A stretch of DNA of 64,000 bases from Eledone cirrhosa (Eukaryota): the NCBI GenBank assembly GCA_964016885.1, contig OZ024749.1, positions 40,300,001 to 40,364,000 on the forward strand, in the 5' to 3' direction. Position 1 is the stretch's first letter. Each line of letters begins with the position of its first letter. Shown here piece by piece: positions 1 through 12,623 of the stretch. Below the pieces are notes generated by a model. That model did no database searches. It worked only from the letters and a program-made list of their open reading frames with translations, and was not told where the DNA came from. The translations under genes and the position numbers were made by a program.

Positions 1-37
1 TGGAAAAAGATGAGTATTGACGATATATATATATATA

Positions 38-221
38 ACGAAGGAAGTGTGGTAAGGAACCAGGTAGACCATAACGCACCAGAGTACTCAATACTTAGGG
101 TAGTAGAATGGGTAATAGGAAAATGTTCAACACCCCGACGGCAGAGCTCGAGCCGTTTCGACGGCTATTTCTGGACCGTCGAAACGGCTCGAGCTCTGCC
201 GTCGGGGTCTTGAACATTTTC
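38..221. mobile_element. (TA)n-embedded foldback element, family A copy 1 (~80-bp unique tail + 46-bp-arm hairpin)
   Basis: Arms 119-164 and 176-221 are reverse complements with one mismatch and an 11-nt loop. TA runs flank both sides. The tail AACGAAGGAAGTGTGGTAAGGAACCAGG...GGTAATAGGAA recurs at 8698, 9130 and (inverted) 16890. Confidence 0.85.
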
Positions 222-599
222 ATATATATATATATATATTAGCAAACACCAAACACACAAAGTCACGAACTAAAATATAATACAAGTCAAGTACAGTGTT
301 CGATTTAATTCATTTTACCCTCCCCAAAACAATTGCTGGCCTTGTTCCTAAATTTGAAATATATACTTGACATGAACTTTATTTAGTCAACCACTGAAAC
401 ATGAAAGCCAAAGCTGATCTTCGCAGGATTTAAATTCAGAATGTAGAAGGCCATAACGAAAACGAAAATATATATGTTTAGAGTAAAAGCTAAGTCTTTT
501 CAAGTCGCCATCTCTTGGAAAACTGTTGATTCTCGTGTTTATATATTAGGGCTACGTAGTGCGTCTTGTTACTGTGGAGTTTCACCTGCGCACTCACAG

Positions 600-1100
600 G
601 ATCATGAGACAAGTCATAAATGTGTGTGTGTGTGGAATTTCCAGAGATGTAGCTACCCTACATCTCTCATCAAACACCGAAATGCCAAAGCAGCAACACT
701 CAAAAGAATAGTGAGGACACTTGCCCTTACCCTAGAGGTAACATATGCTGCCATCAGGCAAGCCATTCGTATGGAAGGCCTGAATATCTAGTTGGCACAC
801 TCGGGACCCTCATCGAGGAAACTGCTATACTGACACCGACCTATATACAACTGTATGTGCGCACTTCCTAACTGTCACATCAACTACGCAGGAGTGTCTA
901 TGAGAGCGTATGTGGTCTACAAGGTCATGTGTAAAAGATATAACTCTTCGTCATTGGAAGTACCGGCCGGATACTGCACCTACAGATCAAGGAGCACATG
1001 ACAACTAGAGCTTCTTTTGTTAAAAAACACTGACATATTTCTGTCTCATTGGTACTACGAACAGGACCTATGAGAGGTGGTGATGTCCAGCTGGTACTTT
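600..1100 (+). pseudogene. Decayed Penelope-like retroelement ORF: RT C-terminus, Cys-rich linker and GIY-YIG endonuclease
   Basis: Manual translation of 909-1030 gives YVVYKVMCKRYNS / (frameshift) IGSTGRILHLQIKEHMTTRASFVKKH, matching the PLE pattern VVY-x-C..YIG-T-R-L..R..EH..S.V..H. Upstream are RCSYPTSLI (an RGYP-like motif) and CMCALPNCHI (Cys linker). Stops and frameshifts are present. Confidence 0.7.
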
Positions 1101-1712
1101 GTTCCGGTACTTAAGAGCTAAGAAAACCACAGAGCAACCATGCAACATCCATTTTGAGAAAAGTCTTTGCCTGCTTCGGGACCCAAAGGAGTCTTGTACC
1201 GCCTTGCAAAAATTCTCTTGGGGGCCCTGACTATGAACTTCAGTTTAAAGAAAAGGAGTTGTTATAACGACGAGTTGTAACTAACTATTGCCCACGGGGA
1301 AACGCCTTCTCCATTCTGTCCGCTGGGGGGAGGCCAGCACGTGGGACCCTATTTGCTCACCATACGGAGAGATGGGGAGGGCGAGAGAGTTGGAGGCGAT
1401 GACAGTGGGAGTTCGTCTCTTCCACGTTCGGACCATATCCAGCTAGTCTTCCTTTTCTACTAACATGAATCTAAATGGTTATTGTTGAGAAAACATTTCT
1501 ACGACCACTATTTGGTCAAGTATTCTTATCACATCGCCGACTAAATGTCTTGTAAGACACTCCTCCCGTGTGTATAAGTACCAGTGATATACTTGGGTCA
1601 ATTCATATTATCAATATCTTTCTCCCATGTCAAAGATTAACTTTCTTCGAACTATTAATCATCATCATCAACAACAACAATAAACCTACAATAGATAAAT
1701 AAATGCATAATG

Positions 1713-1807
1713 AATTGTTTCTACTTTTGGCACAAGGCCAGCAAAAACCCAGTGCATTACTGGTACTTTATTTTATCGACCCCGTAAGGATGAAAGGCAA
1801 AGTTAAC
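1713..1807 (-). mobile_element. 5'-truncated SINE (family 1, Nin/Deu-like core)
   Basis: Reverse complement of GTTAACTTTGCCTTTCATCCTTACGGGGTCGATAAAATAAAGTACCAG...AAGTAGAAACAATT. Confidence 0.85.
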
Positions 1808-1819
1808 ATAATTAATGAA

Positions 1820-2322
1820 CGATGGTGGTGGTAGCAGTTGTTGTGGTGGTGGTGGTGGTATTGGTGGTGATGGTAGTTGTTGTGGCGGTTGTGGTGGTGG
1901 TGGTAGCAGTAGTGGTTGCGGTAGTGGTGGTGGTGGTGGTAGTGATAGTTGTAGTGGTGGTGGTGATGGTGGTGGTGGTTGTAGTTGTAGTGGTGGTGGT
2001 GTTGTTGTTGGTGGTGGTGGTTGTGGCAGTGGTGGTGGTAGTGGTGGTGGTGGTAGTTGTAGTGGTGGCGGTGGTGATAGTAGTGGTAGTGGTAGTGGTG
2101 GTTGTAGTCAAAGTAAACAATGTTGACGGACATTTTAGCTGGGGTAGTGATGGTAGTCGGGGCGGAGGAAGTGGCTATATTGATCGCAATGGCGGTGGTG
2201 TCTAGACATACATTGATCGTAGTGGTGGTGGTGGTGGTCATGGAGGGGTGGTTGTAGTAACAGTAGTAGTAGTGGTGGTGGTGTGGCGGTGGTGGTGTGG
2301 CGATGGTGTTGGGTGGCGATTA

Positions 2323-2386
<64 letters not shown>

Positions 2387-2430
2387 GGTAGTGGTGGTGG
2401 TCGTGGTGGTGGTCGTGGTGGTGAGTGTAG
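1820..2430. repeat. (GGT)n/(AGT)n degenerate trinucleotide tract
   Basis: Directly visible. Confidence 0.9.
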
Positions 2431-2609
2431 AAGACAGGACTGGCAGTGGCTTTAACTGACGCAGAGTTCGGGGTGAAGTATGTGTGTGGTAGGGAGTGGC
2501 GGGTGTCAGATCAACCATACACCACACCACACCGTGTGATGGGGCAAACGCCTACTCCCCGCCCCAAGCATAACCCTCCAAAAATCCATCTCTTTAACAA
2601 CACCACTAC

Positions 2610-3600
<991 letters not shown>

Positions 3601-3639
3601 GAACCCATCCAGGCCGGTTTGTAGCAGATTACATCACCA

Positions 3640-3672
3640 GTAGCAACAACAACAACAACAACAACAACAGCA

Positions 3673-3707
<35 letters not shown>

Positions 3708-3995
3708 AGTAAGAGCAACAACAACAACAGTAGTCCCAACACAGCAATGAACAACAACAACGACAACAACAACAACTATCCCATCAAGAACACCAACAAC
3801 AACAAACACCAGCAAAACCATGAATAACAACAGCATTAGCATCATCATCAACCACTACAACAACAGTAACTGCAGCAGTCCACCACCACCACCACCACTA
3901 CCGCTACCATCACCACCAACAACAACAGCAATAACATCATCAACAACCATTACAACAACAATAACTAAAGCAGCAGCAGCAGTAACCCCCCCCCC

Positions 3996-4026
<31 letters not shown>

Positions 4027-4400
4027 ACACCGCCGCCGCCACCACCACTACCACTACCACCACAACCACAACCACCACTACCACCGCCACCGCTACCACC
4101 ACCACCACCACCATCACCATCACCACCTCTACCCACCACCACCGCCACCGCTACCACCACCACCACCACCATCACCACCGCTACCACCACCACCACTACC
4201 ACCACCACCGTTACCACCACCACTACCACCACCACCGCTACCACCACCACCACTACCATCACCACCGTTACCACCACCACCACTACCACCACCACCGCTA
4301 CCACCACCACCGCTACCACCACCACCACTACCACCACCACCGCTACCACCACCACCACTACCATCACCACCACTACCATCACCACCACCACCAACAACAA
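3640..4400. repeat. (CAA)n/(CCA)n degenerate trinucleotide tract with poly-C
   Basis: Directly visible; includes a 15-bp higher-order ACCACCACCACCGCT pattern at ~4130-4390. Confidence 0.9.
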
Positions 4401-4569
4401 CAGTATCCACATCAACAAGATGGCGGCTAAATCGATTTTCTCACTTTCTACTGGAACCTTGTACTCCCTCAAATCTTTTCAATTGTGAGTCTGTGTACAT
4501 GTATGCGTGTGTGTTTGTGTGTGTATGTATGTGTGTTTGTGCATGTGTGTCTATGTGAGCGTTTCTGTA

Positions 4570-4629
<60 letters not shown>

Positions 4630-4740
4630 TTATTCTTGTGTCTATGTGTCAGTTTATGATAGTGTGTTTGGTTTTGTATGTATGTGTAACTTTATGTGTA
4701 TGTGAGTACGTTTATCTTTGTGTGTGTCTGTGTCTGTGTC

Positions 4741-4833
<93 letters not shown>

Positions 4834-5135
4834 GCGATAAGCCGATGTCAGAAAGTTTGTCAAGATTTAAACATCCCTGTGTCAACATCGCACTCCATAA
4901 CCCTATCACCCCAGCCACCAAATTTAAAGCCTGGCAGAGCCCATCCCTATCCCGGTCTAAACACAGTTGATTTCTTTCAGAGATGGGGGGGGGGGGGAGA
5001 TAGCTAACAACAAGGATAGATAGATAGATGGATGGATGGGTAGATAGATAGAATGACTTAGATAGATAAATACAGAAGGAGGACCGTGTTATATATAAGA
5101 GGAGATAGCTGACAGGAAGGATAGATAGATAGATA

Positions 5136-7214
5136 TGTTTCTTTTATTTGCCACTAGGGCATCAAAAGTGGGACAAGTACAAAGGGGGGAGTTTACACAA
5201 AAAGGCGTCCTCAATAAGGAGGAGGCAATAACAAAATATAAAAATAAAATAAGATATAACAAAAAATAAAATTTTTAACAAAATCCTCAATAGAGAGGAG
5301 GCGCCTTGGGGGGTCGCACACACCCCCGAAAAAAGTGTGCAACCCTTCTCCTCAGGAGCACAGAGAAGGGGTGCTCCCTTGGTCTTTCATCTTCCTCACC
5401 TATAGCCTGATGTAGAGTGAAGGCCCATTCACACGGGCCATTCTCGCCACTTTCACCCATCTTTCATAGAAACGGCTGGGGTGCAGCACCTCTCTCTCCA
5501 TCCTGATCCTTCTTCCGAAATGATATCGGAAGAAACGGACCAGTTGTTGGCCAGAGAGAAAGGTGCCTGACCTCAGTCCTTTCAGACGCGTCCACCATAC
5601 AACCTCTTTCGCCATGGCTATTACGCACAGAAACACCGCCTCTGCTTCATCTTTGAAGGGGGGAGGCGGCTTGATCATTACAATAGACTCGGTGGTCAAC
5701 CGGATCGGTCCCACCCTTGACAGCAGTTGTTCGACATAGCCCCACAGATCGGCTGCGCCCGAGCAGTGTACCAATGCGTGTGCAACGGTTTCCTCGTCGC
5801 ACACGCATCTAGGACAGATCTTTTTGGCGGGGTCCCTACCCGGGCGCCCGTGTCTGTAGAGCCTTTCTCGAACGGGTAAAGCCCCTCGGTAGCACTGCCA
5901 GGCCAGGGACTTCTGGAAGTTGTCCATAGGTCCCGGGCTGAATGTCCTACCGAACAGGCCGGCCAGTTCGTCCTCCTCCATGTCTAGGGCTTCTCCGAGA
6001 GCGTCGTCGCACCTGCTGCGTACCAGCCCTCTATAGAATGTTGCGGTGGAGTCTCCACTGATAACCGGATCCGCCTGCCAGAGGGCGGTGAGCGCCTGGG
6101 CACACTCAGTGTGCCAGGCGCCCAGTTTTCTCGGTCTTTGCTTGACCCAGGATTGCAGCTCGGTGAGTGAGACGAGTCTGGGAAAGGTTCGTCTCACAAA
6201 CGAGGCCCACACCGGTTGTCCGGTGAGGAATACGTAGAGGTGCCGTAGCCTTAATGCGTGTTTACGCATCATTAGCCACGGCATCCCCAGCCCTCCTTTC
6301 GAAGGGTGTTGACAGCAGATGGATCTCCTCACCATAGGAGCCCGCCTCTTCCAAAGGAATTGGAAGAGCGCGCGCTCCATCTTGGTGAGGGTTTCCCTTG
6401 GGCAGGGCACTACGGTCAGGCGGTAGTAGATGACGGACGCTATGTAGGTGTTCGCCACCTCCGCCCGACCTTTCAGGGATAGTTTGCAACTGGCCCACTT
6501 CTGGGTCAGTGCAAACACCCTGTTCGTAACCTCCGCCCAGTTTTTCTCCACCTGGAGGTCCGGTCCGAACCAGACCCCGAGTAACTTCACCGGGCCCTCC
6601 GTCCAGCGTCCGACGACGCCATCGGAGGGCATCGGTCTACCCCTCCACGTGCCGAGTTGCAAACCGATCGACTTGTCCCGGTTCAGCTTAGCCCCTGTGA
6701 ACTTTTCGTACTCCTCCAGTAAGGTGCCGACCGCCTCGATTTCGGAGGCCGTCGACACCATTACTGTCACGTCATCGGCGTAGGCCGACACCGCTTTCCG
6801 CAATCCCGGTTCCAAAGGGATGCCCTGCAACAACTCCAACTTCCGCAGTAGTGGCTCTAGAGTCAACACATACAGAAGGGAGGAGAGAGGGCACCCTTGT
6901 CGGATGGACCGCGCGATTTTGAACGGCTCCGAGAGGTAGCCGTTCACCTTGACCCTAGAGCAGATGCGGCTGCTGTGCATAGCAGTGATCCAGCCCCTGA
7001 AAACGGGTCCGAAGCCTTCCGCCGCTAGCACCGCATCCAGGTAACCATGGTCGACCCTATCGAACGCCTTAGATTGATCCAAGTTGATCAGAGCCCCACC
7101 AAAGCCGGGTTCGTTCCCAACCCTCTCTATGATGTATCGCATGAGGTGGAGGTTGTCATGGATGGACCTGGACGGGATAGCGCATGTCTGCGCATCTCCC
7201 ACCAGGTTGCCCAC
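5136..7214 (-). mobile_element. Tx1-like LINE insertion including ~265-bp 3' UTR
   Basis: GC-rich ORF, then UTR 5399->5136 ending ...AATAAAAGAAACAT and running into (ATCT)n. Confidence 0.88.
5400..7214 (-). CDS. L1/Tx1-clade non-LTR retrotransposon ORF2, 5'-truncated (reverse transcriptase + C-terminal zinc-binding domain)
   Basis: Motifs LDQSKAFDRVDH, SIRQGCPLSSLLY, AYADD, KLNRDKS, KLLGVWF and CPRCVCDEETVAHALVHC. About 600 codons have no stop. The N-terminal ~83 aa of the listed 688-aa ORF are read-through of a UTR/GATA repeat and not real. Confidence 0.93.
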   Translation of the reverse strand: MGNLVGDAQTCAIPSRSIHDNLHLMRYIIERVGNEPGFGGALINLDQSKAFDRVDHGYLDAVLAAEGFGPVFRGWITAMHSSRICSRVKVNGYLSEPFKIARSIRQGCPLSSLLYVLTLEPLLRKLELLQGIPLEPGLRKAVSAYADDVTVMVSTASEIEAVGTLLEEYEKFTGAKLNRDKSIGLQLGTWRGRPMPSDGVVGRWTEGPVKLLGVWFGPDLQVEKNWAEVTNRVFALTQKWASCKLSLKGRAEVANTYIASVIYYRLTVVPCPRETLTKMERALFQFLWKRRAPMVRRSICCQHPSKGGLGMPWLMMRKHALRLRHLYVFLTGQPVWASFVRRTFPRLVSLTELQSWVKQRPRKLGAWHTECAQALTALWQADPVISGDSTATFYRGLVRSRCDDALGEALDMEEDELAGLFGRTFSPGPMDNFQKSLAWQCYRGALPVRERLYRHGRPGRDPAKKICPRCVCDEETVAHALVHCSGAADLWGYVEQLLSRVGPIRLTTESIVMIKPPPPFKDEAEAVFLCVIAMAKEVVWWTRLKGLRSGTFLSGQQLVRFFRYHFGRRIRMEREVLHPSRFYERWVKVARMARVNGPSLYIRL

Positions 7215-7606
7215 GATAGATAGATAGATAGATAGATAGATGGATGGATGGGTAGATAGATAGAATGACTTAGATAGATAAATACAGGGAGAGGGCCGTG
7301 TTATATATAAGAGGAGATAGCTGACGGGAAGGATAGATATGTTTCTTTTATTTGCCACCAGGGCATCAAAAGTGGGACAAGTACAAAGGGGGAAGTTTAC
7401 ACAAAAAGGCGTCCTCAATAAGGAGGAGGCAATAACAATATATAAAAATAAAATAAAATATAACAAAAAATAAAATTTATAACAAAATCCTCAATAGAGA
7501 GGAGGCGCCTTGGGGGGTCGCACACACCCCCGAAAAAAGTGTGCAACCCTTTTCCTCAGGAGCACAGAGAGGGGGTGCTCCCTCGTTCCTTCCTCCTTTC
7601 CACCTA
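7215..7606 (-). repeat. Second copy of the LINE 3' UTR plus GATA-rich flank (direct repeat of ~5016-5402)
   Basis: Near-identical text in both copies, e.g. GGGCATCAAAAGTGGGACAAGTACAAAGGGGG and GGTCGCACACACCCCGAAAAAAGTGTGCAACCCTT. Confidence 0.92.
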
Positions 7607-8068
7607 AATAGATAGATAGAAACAGGAGTAGGGCCGTATTATATATAAAGCTGACTAAGCTGAAATCTAGAGACCGCATAGGAACTACAGAGAGCTGGTG
7701 TTCGTTTCGTTTTTGTAGGGTTTTTGTTGTTGTTGTTGTTTGTTTTGTTTTTTGAGTTGGTGTGAAATATTGGAATGCCAGAGGAAACCCTAAATATCTA
7801 AAAAGATCGGAGCTCGGTCATGGATAAATGCTGGCGTTTTAGGTGTTTAACCCCAGATCAGCTCTCGGTGAGTAGGCCTATATGATCAAAGACGTTCCAG
7901 TCGTGACGAAACAGTGGTAAAGTTATTGGAGTCCCTCGACACAATAGTCTCCTTCATAGCTCCCCACTCAGCAACATCACAAATGATTCTATAAGTTCCC
8001 ACTAGCGTCACACACGCACATACACACATACACACATACACATATATATATATATATAATATACACAT

Positions 8069-8251
8069 AATTGTTTCTACTTTAGGCACAAGGCCAGCAA
8101 TTACCCAGTCCATTACTGGTACTTTATTTTATCGACCCCGTAAGGATGAAAGACAAAGTCAACCTCGGCGGGATTTGAACTCAGATCGTAAAGGGACGTA
8201 ACTATGCTGGAAAGCATGGCGTCCGACCCTCTACCGATACTGCCAATCCAC
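8069..8251 (-). mobile_element. Full-length tRNA-derived SINE (family 1)
   Basis: A-box-like TGGCAGTATCGG, B box GAGTTCAAATCC, core GCCTTTCATCCTTACGGGGTCGATAAAATAAAGTACCAG. Flanking ACACATAAT is duplicated. Confidence 0.92.
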
Positions 8252-8325
8252 CACACATAATATACACATAATATACACATAATATACACATATATATATA
8301 TAACATACACACACAGAGAGAGAAT

Positions 8326-8417
8326 TGGATTCGCAATCGTGAAGTTGTAAGTTCAATTCCCGGACAGAGTGATGCGTTATGTCCTTGAGCAAGACACTTT
8401 TTTCACGTTGCTCCTTC
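8326..8417 (+). mobile_element. SINE family 2 fragment (core GTCCTTGAGCAAGACACTT)
   Basis: B-box-like AGTTCAATTCCC followed by a core shared with the copies at ~53150 and ~59970. Confidence 0.7.
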
Positions 8418-8643
8418 TACCTGGAGTTGCGACCGATAGAGAGTATTAGCAATTGGAAAGACCAATGGAAGCATTGTTTCTTCGGTCCGATTTGACGAAA
8501 GTCGATCGACGGTCGATATATATATATAAATATATATATATAAATATATATATATAAATATAAATATATATATATAAATATATATATATAAATATATAAA
8601 TATATATATATAAATATATATATAAATATACATATATATAAAT

Positions 8644-8697
<54 letters not shown>

Positions 8698-8699
<2 letters not shown>

Positions 8700-8779
8700 C
8701 GAAGGAAATGTGGTAAGGAACCAGGTGGACCATAACGCACCAAAGTACTCAATACTTGAGGTAGTAGAGTGGGTAATAG

Positions 8780-8782
<3 letters not shown>
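8698..8782. mobile_element. Family A tail-only copy between (TA)n tracts
   Basis: Highly similar to 38-121 by eye; lacks the hairpin. Confidence 0.85.
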
Positions 8783-8838
<56 letters not shown>

Positions 8839-8858
8839 TATATAAATATATATATATA

Positions 8859-9116
8859 CTGTAGTAAAGGTTTGGTAGAAATATCCAAGAGTAAGAGCAC
8901 TCAGTCCATAGGACGAGTTTAGTATAAATAATTTCAACAGCGATATAAACAGGTACTTAAGTTTCGTTGGGTTCTGGGCCCCAATTCATTCAGCATGTCC
9001 TGAGAAAAAGAAAAAGAAAGATATTTTTCCTTTTCTTATGACATGCTGAATGGGTTGGGGTTCAGAACCCAACGAAATTTAAGTACCTGTTTATGTCACT
9101 GTTGAAATTATTTATA
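8859..9116. mobile_element. (TA)n-embedded foldback element, family B (arms ~8923-8999 / 9040-9116) with hammerhead-like motif in both arms
   Basis: Arms are reverse complementary. The minus strand of 8948-8999 reads GACATG CTGAATGA ATTGGG..CCCAAC GAAA CTTAAG TA CCTGTT. Confidence 0.82.
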
Positions 9117-9129
9117 TATATATAAATAT

Positions 9130-9318
9130 AACAGAAAGTGTGGTAAGAAACCAGGTGGACCATAACACACCAGAGTGCTCGATACTAAGAGTAGTAGAGT
9201 GGGTAATAGGAAAAGATTCCGGACCCCGGCGGCTGAGCTCCGGCCGTTTCGACAGTTAGTTCGCATCTAGCTATCGAAACGGCCGAGCTCAGCCGTCGGA
9301 GTCCTGAATATTTTCCTA
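9130..9318. mobile_element. Family A copy (diverged) with hairpin
   Basis: Same tail as 38-121, then TAGGAAAAGATTC..CGGCTGAGCTC.GGCCGTTTCGA / TCGAAACGGCCGAGCTCAGCCG..GAATATTTTCCTA. Confidence 0.83.
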
Positions 9319-9340
9319 TATTATATCATATTATATTATG

Positions 9341-9514
9341 TAGTATCGGTAGAGGGTCGGACGCCATGCTTTCTAGCATAGTTACGTCCCTTTACGATCT
9401 GAGTTCAAATCCCGCCGAGGTTGACTTTGCCTTTCATCCTTACGTGGTCGATAAAATAAAGTACCAGTGAGGCACTGGGTAGTTGCTGGCCTTGTGCCTA
9501 AAGTAGAAACAATT
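9341..9514 (+). mobile_element. SINE family 1 in (ATATT)n tract
   Basis: B box GAGTTCAAATCC, core and AAGTAGAAACAATT end. Confidence 0.92.
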
Positions 9515-9595
9515 ATATTTATTATATCATATTATATTATATTATATTATATTATATTATATTATATCATATTATATTATATTATATTATATTTC

Positions 9596-9832
9596 TCGGT
9601 AGAGGGTCGGACGATCGGTAGAGGGTCTGACGCCATGCTTTGACGTTTCGTTGACGTGACGTTTCGTCTGACGCCATGCTTTGACGCCATGCATAGAGTT
9701 GCGCCCCTTGCCATTCTGAGTTCAAATCCCGCCGAGGTTAACTTGGCCTTTCATCCTTACGGGGTCGATAAAATAAAGTACCAGTAATGTACTGGGTAAT
9801 AGCTGGCCTTGTGCCAAAAGTAGAAACAATTA
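9596..9832 (+). mobile_element. SINE family 1 with internally scrambled/duplicated 5' head
   Basis: Repeated TCGGTAGAGGGTC and TGACGCCATGCTTTGACG blocks precede a normal body. Confidence 0.9.
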
Positions 9833-10236
9833 TATTATATTATATTATATTATATTATATTATATTATATTTAGGAATTACCTTCGGATTATCATAGACC
9901 TGTTGACCAGCTGTTGAACTGCGCCGACATACCACAACCTTTCCTTGTTTTTTTCCTTTTCCTATTTTTATTCCTGTTTCCTAACTTTCAGCCCACTCTT
10001 GTTTCTTTCCTGAGGAAGGACTAAAGTCTAACACTTAATTGTTTTACTGCTTATATATATATATATATATATATAGTGTGTGTGTGTGGGGGGGGGGGGG
10101 GTAGTACAGTGAAATACTGATGATGTTGGCACCAAATCAAGCACTCTATGCGCTGGCAGAGTGTATATAATAGAAAAGAAACTTCATCGGTTTTTCCATT
10201 ATATATATATATATACATTATATATATATATACACA

Positions 10237-10267
<31 letters not shown>

Positions 10268-10396
10268 CTGGAGTAAAAGTTAAGTGGAAATATCCAAGAG
10301 TAAGAGCACTCAGTCGATAGGACGAGTTCATGACAGGCTGAACGAATTGGGGGCCGGAACCCAACGAAACTTGAGTACCTGTTTATGTCACTGTTG

Positions 10397-10401
<5 letters not shown>
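10268..10401. mobile_element. Family B copy: tail joined directly to one arm
   Basis: GAAATATCCAAGAGTAAGAGCACTCAGTC is shared with 8878-8906; the arm is shared with 9040-9116. TA-flanked. Confidence 0.82.
10332..10383 (+). ncRNA. Minimal type-I hammerhead-like ribozyme, 8-nt core variant
   Basis: GACAGG | CTGAACGA | ATTGGG-ggccggaa-CCCAAC | GAAA | CTTGAG | TA | CCTGTT. Stem I pairs; stem III is near-palindromic. Confidence 0.6.
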
Positions 10402-10463
<62 letters not shown>

Positions 10464-10611
10464 GTATGTAGTTGAAAAAGGTGGGGTAAAGTTCCATACA
10501 AAACAAAGGTTATAGTTAAAAAGGGAAGATGAAAATACACAGAGGTATATTTTTAAAGATTAGTTTTCGCCTAATCCAACAGAATGAATAATTCTATAAT
10601 CGTTGCATTAA

Positions 10612-10652
10612 ATATAACCGGTTTCGATTAGTATAACAATCTTATCAAATAT
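10612..10652 (-). ncRNA. Degenerate minimal hammerhead relic
   Basis: Minus strand ATAT | TTGATAA | GATT-gttatact-AATC | GAAA | CCGG | TT | ATAT. Two core substitutions relative to CTGATGA. Confidence 0.4.
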
Positions 10653-10754
10653 CAAATGTTAGATGTTAAATATTGAATGTTTTTTAAAAAATGTTTTTCA
10701 TGTGTTTTGTTTGTGAGTTTTCTGTCAAAATTTCTTCTGAAACATATGTTCTCT

Positions 10755-11205
10755 ATGAGGTGGAGATGGAAGTGTAGTGGTGAAGATGGTGTTGTAGTGG
10801 TGAAGGTGGTGGTGTGGTGGTGAAGGTGGTGATGAGGTGGTGAAGGTGGCGTTGTGGTGGTGAAGGTGGTGTTGTGGTGGTGAAGGTGGTGATGAGGTGG
10901 TGAAGGTGGCGTTGTGGTGGTGAAGGTGGTGGTGGGTGGTAATGGTGGCGTTGTGGTGGTGAATGTGGTGGTGGGTGGTGAAGGTGGTGGTGTGGTGGTG
11001 ATGGTGGCGTTGTGGTGGTGAATGTGGAGGTGTGGTGGTGGTGAAGGTGGAGGTGGTGTAGTGGTGAAGGTGGTGGTGTGGTGGTGACGGTAGAGGTGTA
11101 GTGGTGACGGTGAAGGTGTGGTGGTGAAGGTGAAGGTGTGGTGGTGATGGTAGAGGTGTCGTGGTGAAGGTGGTGGAGGTCTGGTGGCGATGGTGGAAGT
11201 GGGGG
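10755..11205. repeat. GGT/GAAGGT-rich degenerate minisatellite
   Basis: Repeated GTGGTGGTGAAG units. Confidence 0.85.
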
Positions 11206-11434
11206 TTCAACAGGTCAGGAATTCAATTGAGTTAACTTGGTTAAAATTATAAATAGATTTTCTTAGAATTCAAACTAATGGCGGACAGCTGGCATTTTTA
11301 TTGTGTGGGTGCGGGGTGGGGGTGTTAAAGTGGGGTTAAATTGTGTTGAAGGGTCAGTTTAGGTGTGGATATAGAATTAATCTTTTGTCTTGTGGTATGT
11401 GTGTGTTTGTGTGTCTAGAAGCCATTTCTATATT

Positions 11435-11880
<446 letters not shown>

Positions 11881-12050
11881 ATATATATATATATATATAT
11901 ATATGTAGAGGTTATATTTAATTTGTTGGGATACAATAAGCAAAATATTTTTATAACTGATATAAAGCACTCAATCCAGGAGATTCCAACCAGAATGGTT
12001 GCATTTTTTAAGGGTATGTCAATATTTATTTATAAAACTAACCTATATTA

Positions 12051-12116
12051 TATTTTATCTGATGAAAGCGCACCATAGTTTGCTCTGGTGCCTCTTGAAA
12101 TATGTATAATGAAATA
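12051..12116 (+). ncRNA. Minimal type-I hammerhead ribozyme (in TA-flanked element ~11905-12150)
   Basis: TATTTTAT | CTGATGA | AAGCGCACCA-tagtttgctc-TGGTGCCTCTT | GAAA | TATGTA | TA | ATGAAATA. Stem I is 8 bp with one G-U; overlapping AATAAA follows. Confidence 0.75.
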
Positions 12117-12171
12117 AATATGGTTTTATAAATATAGTTTCCATTTGTTAATATATTATATATATATATAT

Positions 12172-12580
<409 letters not shown>

Positions 12581-12623
12581 AGGAAAAGCGAAGTAGTTTC
12601 AGATGTTCAAGTCTTTTAATAAT

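Noticed and set aside
7215-7466. N-terminal 83 aa of the 688-aa ORF
   Set aside because: Read-through of a duplicated 3' UTR and GATA repeat, not LINE protein.
8069-8251. tRNA genes at A/B-box motifs
   Set aside because: These are SINE heads; no complete cloverleaf, and they are always followed by the SINE core.
10009-10125. CTGAGGA-AGGACTAAAGTCT and CTGATGA as further hammerheads
   Set aside because: The GAAA/UH elements and stem I are missing; at most decayed relics.
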